This document shows, piece by piece, positions 48,545-61,403 of a DNA stretch of 64,000 nt. Source of the DNA: Vicugna vicugna. Its lineage: Eukaryota. Each line of letters opens with the position of its first letter. The stretch's first letter is position 1. Location of the stretch: the NCBI GenBank assembly GCA_013265495.1, contig MU057724.1, forward strand, positions 1,317,102 to 1,381,101, given 5' to 3'. The position numbers and the translations under genes were made by a program. The notes beneath the pieces are model-generated. The model had not been told where the DNA came from. It was given only the letters and a program-made list of their open reading frames with translations, and did not search any database.

Positions 48545-49400
48545 CGGGAGCGGCTGGCTAGGACCCCGCGGCCTCACCCGGCAGCCGCGGGCTCGGCCCC
48601 TCCCGCCGCCCGTTCCCGCCGCGGGTCCCGCCTGCTTTTCCCGTGACTCCGCCCGGCTTCGCGCTTCGCTGTTGTTGACAACGGTGCGTTCCAAACAGTC
48701 CGACGTGGCAGCCGCGGGACTCAGACGCGCGTCCCCTCCCCGTGTTTGTGCGGCTGGTGGTCGTCACTGCTCGCGCTGCTCCCGGTGCCGGTCTCGGCGC
48801 CTCTCCGCCCGGGACGGGGCAGCGCGAGGAGCCTCGGCCTGGCCGCCTAGCGACCCGCCTGCATCCGCGGGCCGTTGGGCCGCGCCGCCCCGCCCCCGTG
48901 CAGCCCCGCCCCCGCTGCGCGCCTGCGCGCCGCCGCCCGCCGGCCCGGGGGCGTACGCAGCCCTTCCGCCCAGCGCGCGGCCCGCACGCGCCCCCGGCCT
49001 CCCAGATTCGAGCTCCCGAGGCCCCGCGGACAGCTCGTGTCCCAGACCCCCGCTTACGCTCCGGGGGCGGGCCCTTGGCCGTCCCAGTCGGGGCGAACGT
49101 CCCTTCGCGCGGCTGCAACGTTAAACCAAAAATGCCGTTGCCTCGGCTTGATAAAGGCCCGGGAAGGGGCTCTTGCAAGGCCCGCGGCCTGGTAAACCCG
49201 GGGTGGGGGGGCTCGAGTTCAGGGTCTCCGGGGAGGGGAGGGGCGGGGCCCTTGAGGAGCGCCGAGCCGTTTGGCCCGTCGGGTGTGGGGAGGCTGCGGG
49301 TTCGCCCCCCACCGGGGTGGGGAGGCCGCGTCAGCTCGGGGGGCGTGGAGGGCAGGGTTGGACGCCACACGCTTCGGTGTCTTCGCCGTGATGCACCCGC
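48545..49400. promoter_or_regulatory. Orphan CpG island with promoter motifs
   Basis: About 850 bp CpG-dense. Tandem GC boxes near 48885-48913 and 49240; NRF1-type GCGCCTGCGC 48919-48928; X-box-like GTTGTTGACAAC 48671-48682. Confidence 0.8.
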
Positions 49401-49684
49401 TGTTTCCTGGATGAACACTGCTGGGTTGTTGCAAGCTGTGGGTTAATTTCCAGTGTATTGTGACAATTTTCCAGTGTTCTGTTTTCTTCATGGAGAATGG
49501 TTTGCCAGAGGTCACCGCTCTGACGTTCCGGATGCCTTTTCTTCTGTCATTAAGTTTTACCTTCCAGGGAGAGCGAGGGGAAGCCAGAGCATCGTCCCCT
49601 TCAAATAAAAATAATGAAAATGCACAAGCAAGGAGGGAACAGGGAGTTGTTAACGGAGTTTGTGTCCTGTGAGGTTTTTAAAAT

Positions 49685-49800
49685 ACATTTTCTATTTTTA
49701 CTGAGCTGTAGTCAGTTACGATGTGTCAGTCCCTGGTGCGCAGCATCATGTCCCAGTCATGTGCATACATACATGTATCCGCTTTCATATTTATTTTATT
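49685..49800 (-). mobile_element. Very short L1 3' end (artiodactyl-type)
   Basis: 'ttttactgagctgtagtcagttacgatgtgtcagtccctggtgcgcagcat...catacatacatgtatccgctttcatatt' parallels the starts of 16920 and 36834. Confidence 0.7.
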
Positions 49801-50439
49801 GATTCCATTATTATGTCCGTACTTTGAATGTTAGACTTTGTTTTACTGATTCCTTTTTTAAAAATGATCATCGCCTTCTGAATAAAAGGAGTAAACCCAG
49901 TCCCCCAGGATCCAGTGCCTTCTCGCCAGGGTCCTGGTCGGCCTTCTTCCTCAGCACGGGCTGTGTTCTCCGACCTGCGCTCACTCTTTTTCCTGTCTGA
50001 TATTTTTTACTTTGACTTCTTTCACTGTATTTACTACACAGGTAAATATTGTCTCTCCAAATACTGTTTACTCTTCAGAAAGTAAATAACTTCTCTTTTT
50101 TCCTTCCCTCTGATTAGCCATTCTTTTAGTTGGGGACTATATTAAGATCACCCATTACACGCTCCTGAGCCTGGAGAATTTCCAGTGTCGATTTTCGCAC
50201 CACGCAGTATAAATATTAAACACAGATTAATTCCTGAACGGATGCTGAATATTCTAATACTCCTGACTCAGTCACAAGCAATCATTTTCTGGCACCTTTA
50301 ATAGATACCCTTAATATAAACAGATACAAAGTTTCTCCTCAAGTGACTTAACGATTCACTGTGGTGGGTAAAAAATATATATATAAAACCCAACGAGCAG
50401 GGCAAATGTTAATTCTGATGATCTCCAACTGATCATTTT

Positions 50440-50790
50440 TTTGTTTTGTTTTATGCATCATGTCTAAGAACATCTCACCAAGCCCTCGGTCCTCAAGATT
50501 TTCTCCTTTATTTTCCATTTAAATCTGTGAACCATTTAGACTTAATTTAGTATAAAGTATAAGGTGTAAGGATTAGGTGTCATTTGGTTTTTTTATACAT
50601 GTATGCAAAATATATATTGGAGATTATATATATTATGTATTATATAATATGCAGTAAATACACTGGAGATACTATATATTACATACGTAGTAAATACATA
50701 TTGACAATTATATCTGTATGTCCAGTTGCTCCAGCACTTTTTAAAAGACTATCTGTCTTTATTAAATTGCTTTTATATCTTTGCCAAAAA
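50440..50790 (-). mobile_element. Ancient L1 ORF2 3' fragment
   Basis: 'tgtccagttgctccagcactttttaaaagactatct'. Confidence 0.65.
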
Positions 50791-51765
50791 TTAGAAATGG
50801 GCAAAAGATATGAACAGGCATTTCAGCATAGAAAATACACAGACAGGAAACAAGCACATGAAAACACGTTCAGCATCACGAGGCAACAGGAAATGTGAAT
50901 CAGAACCACAGCGAGGTGTCCCCACACGAGTATCGTAACAGCTGAAAGTAAACAAATAAGTAAAGCTGTGCCTTGACCCAGACGTGGAGAAACGGGCTCT
51001 CCTTTACGCCACTTACGGGGATGGGAAGTTTTAGGGGGTGCGTGTGATTTCATTTATTGACAGGTCAACTCGCTTTCTCCAGGAGTCCACTTACGGAAAA
51101 TTTTAAAGCCACGTGGGAAGACAGTTTGGCAGCGTCTTTAAAAAACGTAAATAAGTAAGCGAGCGCTTGCTGCCCTACCCAGGACTTGCCTCCTGGGCAC
51201 TTGACCCAGAGGATTTAAAGCTGTGTTCACACCAGGACCTGTGCAGGGGTGCTCAGAGCAGCTCCCCTGGCAGCAGCCAAAACTGGACGCAGCCAGATTG
51301 TCCCTTAATGGGTGACTGGTCAAAGACACCGTGGTGCATCCAGGCCTGGGACACTACTCAGAAATAAAAAAAGGAACAGACTGTTGACACGCGCAGGAAT
51401 GTGGATGGAAGTCAGAGGTGTTACAAGAAATGAAACAAGCCGATCTCAAGTCCTTTCAAGCAGCTTTCAGAAAACAGTTCCCTTCCACGGGCCAGTGTTT
51501 GGGGGTGGAGGTGGCAGGAGGGTGGGAGGGACTCAGACTTGGAGGATGAGCGAGGTCTTGGAGATGGGGGACCAGCTCTGCGTCCTGACTGTGGTTGTGG
51601 TGACACACGTCTGCACACGCAATGCACATGTGAGCGTCCTGGATCTGACACTGTCCTCTGATTGAGTGACCTGTCAACACTGACAGAAACTGGGTCAGGG
51701 TATGCAGGGCCACTTCGCGCTGACTTTGCACCTTCCTGTGGATACATGTATCAAGTTTAAAAGTT
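50790..51765 (+). mobile_element. Ancient L1 (L1MC/MD-like) 3' region
   Basis: 'aaatgggcaaaagatatgaacaggcatttca', 'agccaaaactggacgcagccagattgtccc', 'actgtggttgtggtgacacac'. Confidence 0.75.
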
Positions 51766-52645
51766 ACCTACAAAGAATTTTGGCAAACAGGGAAATGATG
51801 AATTCAGAATAAAAATCCTGCATGAACTCAGCATAAAGCTGTATTAACTTTCTGACCGTCGTCATAGGCTCAGGGAAGTGTATGCAGGTGTGTGTCGGAA
51901 GAGGACAGGCCATCGCGCTATGTTTTCCACCCTACCTTCATCACTTGAAAATACACTGATGATATTTTTTCTTCTCATTTCGTGTTTCCTACATTAATAC
52001 TTTTTGATGGTGGGGTATGCTTTTAAGTATTTGCTTATTATTTTAAAACAATTATTACCCATCTGGATTGATACCAGTTTAAGCACCAACCTCTTTAAAC
52101 ACAGTCATGAAGGACATGCACTTACACAGAGCTCTTATAGCAGAGCTGGACAAATCTCTGCAAGTAGAATTATGTGATGAAAGGTATAAATAATTTGAAA
52201 TGCTTCACACATATCTGATGAATCCCCCATAGAAACCGTCTATCAAGTCACATGGCTTTTAGCAACACGTGCAAGCACGAGTTTCCACAGGGTGAGAACT
52301 GAGGACTGGTGTGACTGACTGATTTACTGAATTACCAGAGAGCTGAAGTTTCTCTTCAAGCACTTACCAGTCATTTTTTAAAGTGCTCATCTGTGCCTCT
52401 GGCACTTTTTGTGCAGTTCGTCCATTGATTTATTACATGTGGCCTTGCATGTTTCCTCTGCATCAATGTGTAATATGTACATTTATTTTATACCGTTCAT
52501 AATTATTTTGTATTGCTTTCCCACCTAACATTGGCCTGTTATGTGACATATCTGCCTCAAATTTTTCCCTAATTACACGTGCCAACTTTTTCTTGATGAC
52601 TTATTTTTAGATATAAAATGTTTTCCCCACGTTGAGATCAGTTTT

Positions 52646-53164
52646 TTGGAGACAATTTTTCCCTGTGTCTCTCGTGATTCGCATATCTTGCAAGCGAGGC
52701 ACTCACTGCCCTTTCTGAATTCTGTTAGCAAGGATGCTTTTATAGCTGAGTGCCTTGGACGATGGAACTACTGTTTTCCTAAATAGCAAATAGCATGTTT
52801 GCTTTCAGCCTTGGGAAACGAGAGTTTCCCACTGGAGCAGAGGGCAGGCGCGCTCACCGCTCAGTGAGATAGTGACGACGGCTCCGCGGCCGCCCTGGTC
52901 AGGCCGGCTCGCCGCGCTCGGAGCCCTGGGCGTCTCTGCTGTGCGGCAGTCCTGCTCCTGGGTCTCCCGCCCTCTTTGCGTCGCCCTGCGGGAACTGAGG
53001 GTCAGAAAACTGGCACAAGGATAATGAAGCTCTGCCTACTGCAATCGCAGTGACCGGCAGACCAGCCCTCAGTGCTTACCTGGGACTCCCATGTCTTCTG
53101 CCCACACCCATGCCATCCACAGCTTGCACGCAGGTAAATCCCCGAGCCATCTCAGTTCTTGATA
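52646..53164 (+). mobile_element. ERVL LTR, MER54/MER73-like (solo)
   Basis: Begins 'ttggagacaatttttccctgtgtctctcg...tcttgcaagcgaggcactcactgcc...caaggatg' and contains 'ggagcagagggcagg', matching the recalled MER54-group consensus. Confidence 0.65.
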
Positions 53165-53429
53165 ATCATATATAAGCCCTTGTAGAATTTGTCTATTTTG
53201 TTTCCTGTTTCATTCAACTACTTATTTAAGATATAAATAATTTAGGCATTTCTAGGTTGCGTATTTGAGACAGGAAAATTCTTAAGAGCAAAGACCGTGG
53301 AGCCAGACGACCTGGGTAAAGGGTACGTGGGTCCTATGTGTACATTTAAGTTCTGGTTAATCTATAATTATTCCAAAACAAAAAGTTAAAGAAACTTGAT
53401 ATTAAGCTAAAAGAGTTGAGAACTCACAC

Positions 53430-53745
53430 AAAATCATGGCTTATTTTTTTTATCATCTTAACAAAGTCACAGATCAAAAGTTGTGATTGTTGGAGTCAAT
53501 CTATCAGGTTTTATTTTCAATGGATTGTAATTTGGTGTTAAATCTGAGCTCTCGGTGTAAGTTCAAGCCACAAAGATTTCCCTATTTCCTTCTTGTGCAA
53601 GCTTCATAGTTTTATCTTTTGCATTTGGTTCTGTGATCTATTTGCAGCTGTTTTTAATACATCTGAAGTACCAGGAAGTAGGGAGGCGTTTTTGCTGTTT
53701 GTTTTTCTGATGGACATCCAGATGCTCCAGGACTGCTTCTCCACG
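53430..53745 (-). mobile_element. Ancient L1 ORF2 3' fragment
   Basis: 'ccacaaagatttccctatttccttct...tttttctgatggacatccagatgctccag'. Confidence 0.6.
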
Positions 53746-54700
53746 GAAGTGCCGGGCGGAGGCGCACCTGAGAAGGCGTGGGGCCCCGTGTCCCCGCCCC
53801 GCCGTGGTCTCTCCCAGAGTAGAGCTGTGTGGAGCCCAGACACTGACAGTGGCTTTCATCAGGCTGGAAAAGAGAGCCCTGGTCTGACACAAAACACCAT
53901 TTATGAAAATTTTAGAGGAAAAAGGAGAGAACATAACAACACAGAACCCCGTCCACGTACGGCAGCTGCTGGTGTGGCTGAACTCCCAGAGCCAGAATCC
54001 CAGGACCTAAATGAAAAGGGGCAAACGAGTTATCAGTGAGACTGCAGCTGGGAGCACTGATGGAGCGATGCTTCTGCAGACGACGGTATAAATGGTGCAA
54101 TAAAAGGGCTTCTTGATACAGTGAGTGTCTTCAGGAACTGGCCGTACCAGAGCCACAGAATGTTGCAATACCAAAAGAAATTATTTTTAAAACCCTCAGC
54201 AATGTCAGTGGCACTCTGTAAATACTTGTAAAGTTGGCAAAGCTATGAAACTGGTCACGAGAGCCCACCGACTGACTCATCAATCCAGCTAGGTGCTTCA
54301 AACCGTCAAAGCTGAGGCTGGAAGTCGTCCACGTCACGAGGCTCACTTCTCAGTGGCAGGATTCAGCTGTGCATGCTGCCGTTTGGCTCTGAAGTTATCG
54401 GGCCTCTCTGAGGAGCTCTCACCGAGGACGCTGACTGGGATCGCTGCTTCTGCAAAGTGCATTTTAGTCATGATCTCACACTGACAACTTTTGCATCGCT
54501 TTCGCCATTATCATTCTTTTAAGAACTGTAAACCGAAACACTGCACCTCATTGTGTCATTCTATAACATTCTTTAAAGTAATTTTAAATATTGGTATTTG
54601 TTTCCGAAATTTTAACTTGAATGTAATACACTGCAAGAGAATGTATTTGACAATGTTTGGTGGCATTCAAAAAATAGGTTACATGTGTTAAAAAAGATAA
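53746..54700 (+). pseudogene. Possible processed pseudogene, parent not identified
   Basis: GC-rich leader, Kozak-like gccGTGG at 53801-53807, a reading frame broken by stops, then an AT-rich 3'-UTR-like tail. No protein family recognised. Confidence 0.3.
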
Positions 54701-57504
54701 CTGATCCAAACTGGAAAAGAATAATATGAAAGTCTGTCTATTACTCCATTCAGTAAAGATTTTTGAAATTCCATAATGGAATACCTTGGGGGTCACCGTC
54801 CACAGCCTAATCTTAGGAGCCAGGAATAAATTCTTGGGGAAGTTACACACATTCTGAAGCCGGAGGGTAACTAAGATTTAATCTGTTGAAGCAGATATAA
54901 AGGATAATTTTACAGACAGGAAGATTACTGACAAGGCTATGTTGCTAAAACGGAGAAACTCCAAGAGCATCTTTAAAAAGCTGGACATCTGCCCCTCCCT
55001 GCAATGCGGGCTGCGAGGTGGGCGTGGCCCGGCGTAGACAGGCGGCTCTAAGACACAAAGTCACTTCTGGTCAGATTCTTTCCTTCCCTCATTTTTGGGA
55101 GTGATTTTTCTCCTGGAATCCAAGTTGCTTAGATTCCCATCCAGATTTCACTCCCAAAGGATGGAGAAGAAAGAGACAATTTTCAGGAGAGCTGGCTTGA
55201 CTTTAAGTAGAAGAGAAATTAGGAGCTGTGCAAATACCTGTCTGATTTCAGCGCCAGAAGCAGGCTCAGGCAGCCGTGCCGACCTCCCCAAGGTGAGTGC
55301 GCGGGGCCTTTCCGGCTCGGTGGAGAGAGCAAAGCAGAGCTGAAAGGGTTTGTCAGGAGAGTCCACAAAGTGCCCCACCTGGTTTTTTATTTATTCATAT
55401 TTTGACCATTTTTCCTTCAGAAAAGGTTAAAAACTTAGAAATCCGTCGACCTGTGTTTACTCTTTGCGAAGCCCTCTTCTGACCACAGGTGCTGATAAAT
55501 AAATGTTCGGTGAGCGTATCTGTGTTTAAACTGAGCGTATGTAGGATGTTTAGCCAATGTTTTGTGATTTAATGTCTATTTTAAGACTTATAGTGGAAAA
55601 TGTTTACTCAAATTTAGGCTCTAGAAGCAATTAAATTAAAAACTATTTCATTTGTGTATCCACATGGTTAACGGTGCTTAGATATGCATGTATGCTTGTT
55701 AAATTTAAGTATACGCATTGAAAAGTATGTGAAGAAAAACCCGATTTTGTTGATATTTAAAGAAAAAATGGAAATGAGCATTTAATCCAAATTGCTAGTC
55801 AAGAGGTATTCAATTTTAAATAATTAGGAGCACAAACTCATGTGTTTAGAAGAAATATCAACACTTTCATCCATTATTTCTGTTTCCCGATGAACTCTGT
55901 GTCTGTCTTTAGGTTTAACCCTTCAAAGGCTGCCTGTCTGTGCTTGGATCCCACATGAGGCTGCTTGCTCACCGCACTGTGGGAAGTGGACGGCAAACTT
56001 CCTTCCCTGTGTCCGAATCCCCGCACCCATCCGTCAGCACTTCCGCGTCCAGTCACGGTCCTCACTCACATTTCTGCCATCATTTTCCAGCACATTTGTT
56101 GTTCTTGTTCAATGAGGGCACTGGGGGATATGATACTGTTCTATTAACTTCTTTCTCCCGCAGACTGCTCCAGACAGCCTCGTGCACAAACCAGACACTC
56201 AGAGTTTCTTGAAAGGCACTGTGGGATTTGTCTGCTTTCTCTTAGTTTTACCCACCTGGTGTGCCCTGTTCTTACTGCCATCCCTGCTGTCGAAAGCAAG
56301 CACATCTCTAGTTGACTGGTGTCAGCAGCTGGAACTAAAATTATATGGCCCGGAATGAGCCAAGCAGCCACTTTATTATTTGCCCTTGGTTTTAAATGTC
56401 TTAATAGCCATGGACTGCCCCATTCGTACTGAGCCATTTTCCCTTCAGGATTGGCCGATCCCGGGAACAAGCTAGCAGGTGTTCCGGCAAGGGCGTTAGG
56501 GAATCGAGTAAAATGGTACAGAGCTTGGGGGGCCTGTCTGCATTGTACAAGCATTTAGTCCCCTTATAGAATGAAGAGCAGCATTGTAGCTCTGAAAATA
56601 AAGAATTTAATTTAGAAAAAAAGATACTTATGGCAAATAAATTGTTTAATTTCAACTGAGCAAATATTTATTGAACCTGTATCACCACGAACTCACTTAT
56701 TAAATGATCTCCTCTGCAACACTGAGACAGAACACTAGCAGCCAGCTTGCCTAGCATGTCACTTATTTGATATCTGCACTTCAGCGACACTCTGCCTTCA
56801 GAGCATCTGTTATTTTGCAATTTTTAGTCTATGGTGTTACTGATTTTCAACACTTTAGTATCGCTCATCCTTGCAAAGCATGCCTGAATTATAGACAAAA
56901 ATATAAAAGAAGAAAAGGTTAATAATGGTAAAAAAGCAAGTGTCCTTCTAGAGAGACTTTTCTCCTAGGACTTCTTTGTTTTTCAAGGACTAAAAGTTAA
57001 ATTTTAAAACTTAAGTCAGCTGCTGATAAGAAAGCTTAAAAGTGTGCTTATTTAGAGCAAAGTTTGTACAAAATTATAATTTTAGTAAAATCACCTATTG
57101 TGTGAGTTTATCTGAACTTTTATCATGGGTTTTTACAAACTTTTTGGAGCTCAGCAGAAATGGCAAGGCAGACACTTGATAGCTTTAAGAGGCTAATAGA
57201 TACCTAGGAATCTTGTGATCATGTGCTGACAATTTTGGTTTCCAGTCATGTGAAGGGCATATGCCCCTGACTTACTGGGGGGATAATGGAGATCTGGGAG
57301 AGCCTGGGACTGTATGTAAACCACAAAGGAAAAGTAAGACAAATACAGTTACTAGTAATTATAAACGCTTGGAAAGCGGAAGTTACTGTAAGTTTAAAAC
57401 AGAAACGAGAGAAAAGAGGAAATGTTTGCAAGTCACACAACAGATGAAGGATGCAGTTTTCCTTATGTGCCCACTGACTATTCATATGAATGTGACACAC
57501 AGTC

Positions 57505-58325
57505 TCATTTTAAAATGGGCAGAGGACCTAAATTGACAGTTTTCCAAAGAAGACACACAAATGTCCAACGAGCACATGAAAGGGTGTTCAACATCACCAA
57601 TTAGTAGGGAGTTTTGTGAATCAAAACTGTAACGTCACTTCACCCCTGTCAGAATGGCTATCATCACAAAGACAAGAAATACCAAATGTTGGTGAGGATG
57701 TGGAGAAAAGGGAACCCTCATGCACTGTTGGTAGAACTGTACGCTGGTGCAGCCACTGTGGAGATTCCTCAAAAAGTTAAGAGCAGAACTAACATATGGC
57801 CCAACTATTCCACATCTGGGGATTTATCCAAAGAACATGGGAACATTAATTCAAAAGACATGTGCACCCCTATGTTCGTTGTAGCGTTACTTAGAGCCAA
57901 GCTATAGGAACAACTTGAGTGTCTGTCAGTGGATCAGTGGCTACAGAAGGTGTGGTATATGCACTTAGTGGAATACTATTCAGCCATAAAAAGCATGAGA
58001 CCCTGCCATTTGCGACACCATGGAGAGACAGTGAAGGATTATGCTGAGGGAAGTCAAGTCAGCTGGAGAAAGACAAACACACACCATATGATTTCACTCC
58101 TGCAGAATATAAAAACAAACAAAATAAAGCCAAAACAAACACATAGATAAGAGCCCAGATTAGTGGTTACCAGAAGGAAGGAGCCTGGAGAGTGGGCAGA
58201 ATGGGTGAAGGAGGTTGGCTGCCTGGTGGCGGATGGGGTCTAGATCGTGGTGATGATCACATTGTGGTGGATGCAGACATCACGTTACAATGCTGTTCAT
58301 CTGAGACTTAGATAATAAAAAAGCA
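57505..58325 (+). mobile_element. L1 3' region (ORF2 C-terminus and 3' UTR)
   Basis: 'aaaatgggcagaggacctaaat', 'tgttggtgaggatgtggagaaaagggaaccct', 'ggaatactattcagccataaaa'; ends with aataaaaaag. Confidence 0.9.
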
Positions 58326-58434
58326 GAAATTCTTTATCTCATCTGATCGTATTTCCTCTTTGTTTTTCCAAACATTTCCAGAAGTCACCTTTTCCTTTCA
58401 AAATTCCTTTCTCTACCTCCAGGCTTAAGATTTA

Positions 58435-58479
58435 AAAAAAAAAAAAAGAAAAGAAAAGAAAGAAAGAAAGAGAGAAAAC
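58435..58479 (+). repeat. (A)n-(GAAAA)n-(GAAA)n simple repeat
   Basis: Seen directly. Confidence 0.85.
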
Positions 58480-61084
58480 ATCTATTTTAATCATTTGAAG
58501 ACTTTTGTTTTCTTTTCCTCCTTTCAAACACCCCTTTGAAGTCGCCTATCCTGTCTGCTGCACAGACGGACTCGAGGCAGCAGTAATTGAATGGATTCGC
58601 ACAGGAGTTAGAGAGACAGGATGGAGGCTGGGATGAAGGGCAAGTGGCCAGTCCAGTAGCAACTTGAGAAATGAAGGACGTCCCCAGCTTCCCAGGACGA
58701 TCACTGTCCTCCTAGGGTAAGAGATCTCTTGTTTTTAAATTATTGTGGTGCAGTGATGTGTATGTGCATGAATGCATGGAGACAGTAAAAGACAATGCAT
58801 TTAACTTTCAAAAACATAAAATGAGTGTCATTAGCAATCACCTTTGAACACTGTAATTTAAGTGCACGCTGTGTGAAGTACCACGTCCCCAGTGCATTTT
58901 CTTTAGAAAGGATCCATCGTAAGCACTGCGTTACCGCCCGCCTCTCTAGAAATGATCGGCGTCACATCACCCATGCACAACCCGTCCATTTCCCATCTCA
59001 GAAGTTGCTCCCTAGTTTCCTTTCAGCTCAGAGTATTGTAAATTATTCTTTTTGTGAACCTGAGGTTGATTTAAAAACAGAATTTCTGAGTACGGAAAAG
59101 ATTTGCCTGTGATAGGAAGTTCAAAGGAATTTTTTGTTCAATTATGAACACCAAGTGCAAAAAAGCTGAAGTATTCCTTTAGGGCTCCGCACTTGATAAG
59201 CAACCAGCGGAAGCAAACCCTAAGGGAGAGCCTGGTTGTGTCGTGAGAGTCACCTTTGGCCCTTCTGTGACACTAAATGTATTTGGGAAAGTGGACAAAT
59301 ATTCAGGGCTTCCTTTCCAATTTGCAGGATATTGACTCAGGACAGTCAATCTGCCCGTCTCGAATAACGTTCCCATAACCAGAAAATAGAAAAGGGTGCC
59401 ACGGAGAATTGAAAACTGACTCTGAGCCTCAGAGAAGCATATTTCATTTCTTAAAATGAATCAAATAAATACCACCTGAGCTGGGTTAGCTGAATGCATT
59501 CACACTTCCGCTCACCTGCTCCCAGCTCCTGCAGCTGAGTCTTGAGGGGTCTCTGGGCTAATCAAGACGACCCACTGCAGGAAGAAAAGTGAGACGCAGG
59601 GAGAGATGCACCGCCAGAAACATGAGTGTCTCCCAGTTGGAAGGTGCTGCTGCACCAAAGCTCAGGTGTCCTGGGTAAAGAGACCACATGGGGGGACTTT
59701 AAAAAGGGAAAGGAAGGAAGAAAGCGCTGCTGGCTGGCATGTGAGGGAACCGGGGAGAGAGAGGGAGAGGGAGGGAAAGAGGGTCAGCGTCAGAGCGAGA
59801 GCATCCTGGAGATGACATGCTTACTGCCCGGTCTTCCAACAACCTCTGGAGCGGAGACTCTCGGACGGAAGACCTTTCAGAAAGTCCCCCAGGGAATAAA
59901 TGGCCACGCAGTGTCTGAGCGAGCCATCCAGAATGGTGATGTAGCTGAATGCCTCTTGTTCACCATATTTTATTCGGCTTAGGACACGTCACAAGTAAAG
60001 CTTAGGGCCATACAGGGAGAGGGGCGAAGAAGCCTGCACATACAGCCTGGAGCTCTCGTCGCAACGAGATAATACCCTTGGATGAATCTGAGACAGTACA
60101 GTGCAAAGACATAATTCTGAACTATAAAACTGGAATAAAAACACAGAAAATAAAAGGAATTGTAAGGAAAGCAGCGCTATCTGAGCACCCTGAGCGGAAA
60201 GGGCGTCAGGCCCCCCAGCCCCTTGGCTGTGGCTCGCGCTCTGCGGGAGGTCCTCCCCAGGAGCAGCTGCCGCGGGCGTTTCCGCCGCAGCCCGCTGGTG
60301 CCTTACTGGTGTCCTCTTCGTGGGGTGTTAAGGTAGGGGGGAGCGGTGTAAGATTTTACTGTGAAATCTGTCTTTGGAGGTGTGTGTCCCTGGTCTGGGA
60401 CATTCAGTGCTCCTCGCTTTCAGCCGCTCTTTAAGTGGGGCTGGGGATGCGAAGGGGCTGCAGTGAGGAAAACACTCTGCCCCGATGAGCTACGACTGGT
60501 AATATCTCCATCCCCGGAAAGCGGGCCTTGGCTGTGGAGAATCCTCTGTACATGTGTGTATCACAAAGTCATCCTTTCCACCTCCTGCCAGAGCCAGGAG
60601 ACGATCTTTCTTAGGTGTTCAGTAGGAGAGCCTTGCCATTTCCAGAAGGTAAAATACACAAATGTGGGAGCACCGTTAAGATGGCAGTCCCCCCGGTTTC
60701 TCATTCTCAAGCCAGCCCTCACTCCGCCTCCAGTTACTCACTAAAGACACCAGTTTGTGCCTGGCGTGGCCTCCTTCCAGATGAGCACGCCTTGCCTGTG
60801 ATCCCCTGCGTTCACCAATTTGACCTAATTGTAGGGAACCTTGACCTTGGGACCTCAGGACTCCAATGGCTGCAAAAAGTCACTGATTACCCATTTTTTT
60901 CCAGTACTTTGTTGTTGTAAGAATATGAGCAATGACACTCAACATCATCAAATGTTGGAGTTGAACCCAGACGTTCCACGTTTAGTGCATAAATAGGGCC
61001 CAGCACCCAAAGAAGTTTCTAACTGACAGGTTAAATGTAATGAACGATCAATAAGTACTATCAGTCTACCGGCTTCATTGTCTT

Positions 61085-61403
61085 TGTTCTTTTTTCAGAT
61101 TCCACATATGAGTGATACCATAAGGTATTTTTCTTTCTCTTTCTGACTTACTTCACTTAGGGTAACATTCTCCAGGTCCATCCGTATTGCTGCAAATGGC
61201 GTTACTTCATTCTTTTTAATGGCTGAGTAGTATTCCATTGTATAAATATACCACAGCTTCTTTATCCAGTCATCTGTCAAGGGACGTTTAGGTTGCTTCG
61301 ATGTCTTATCTTTTATAAATAGAGTTGCTATGAACACTGGGGTGCATGTATCTTTTCGAATTGGAGTTCCCTCTGGATATATGCCCAGGAGTGGGATTGC
61401 TGA
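61085..61403 (-). mobile_element. L1 ORF2 C-terminal fragment (relatively young)
   Basis: ORF 61095..61337(-) 'MFIATLF...KQPKRPLTDDWIKKLWYIYTMEYYSAIKKNE' is the standard L1 ORF2 C-terminus. Confidence 0.92.

Noticed and set aside
48558..49446. 286-aa and 234-aa ORFs on opposite strands
   Set aside because: CpG-island artefacts with no recognisable domain.
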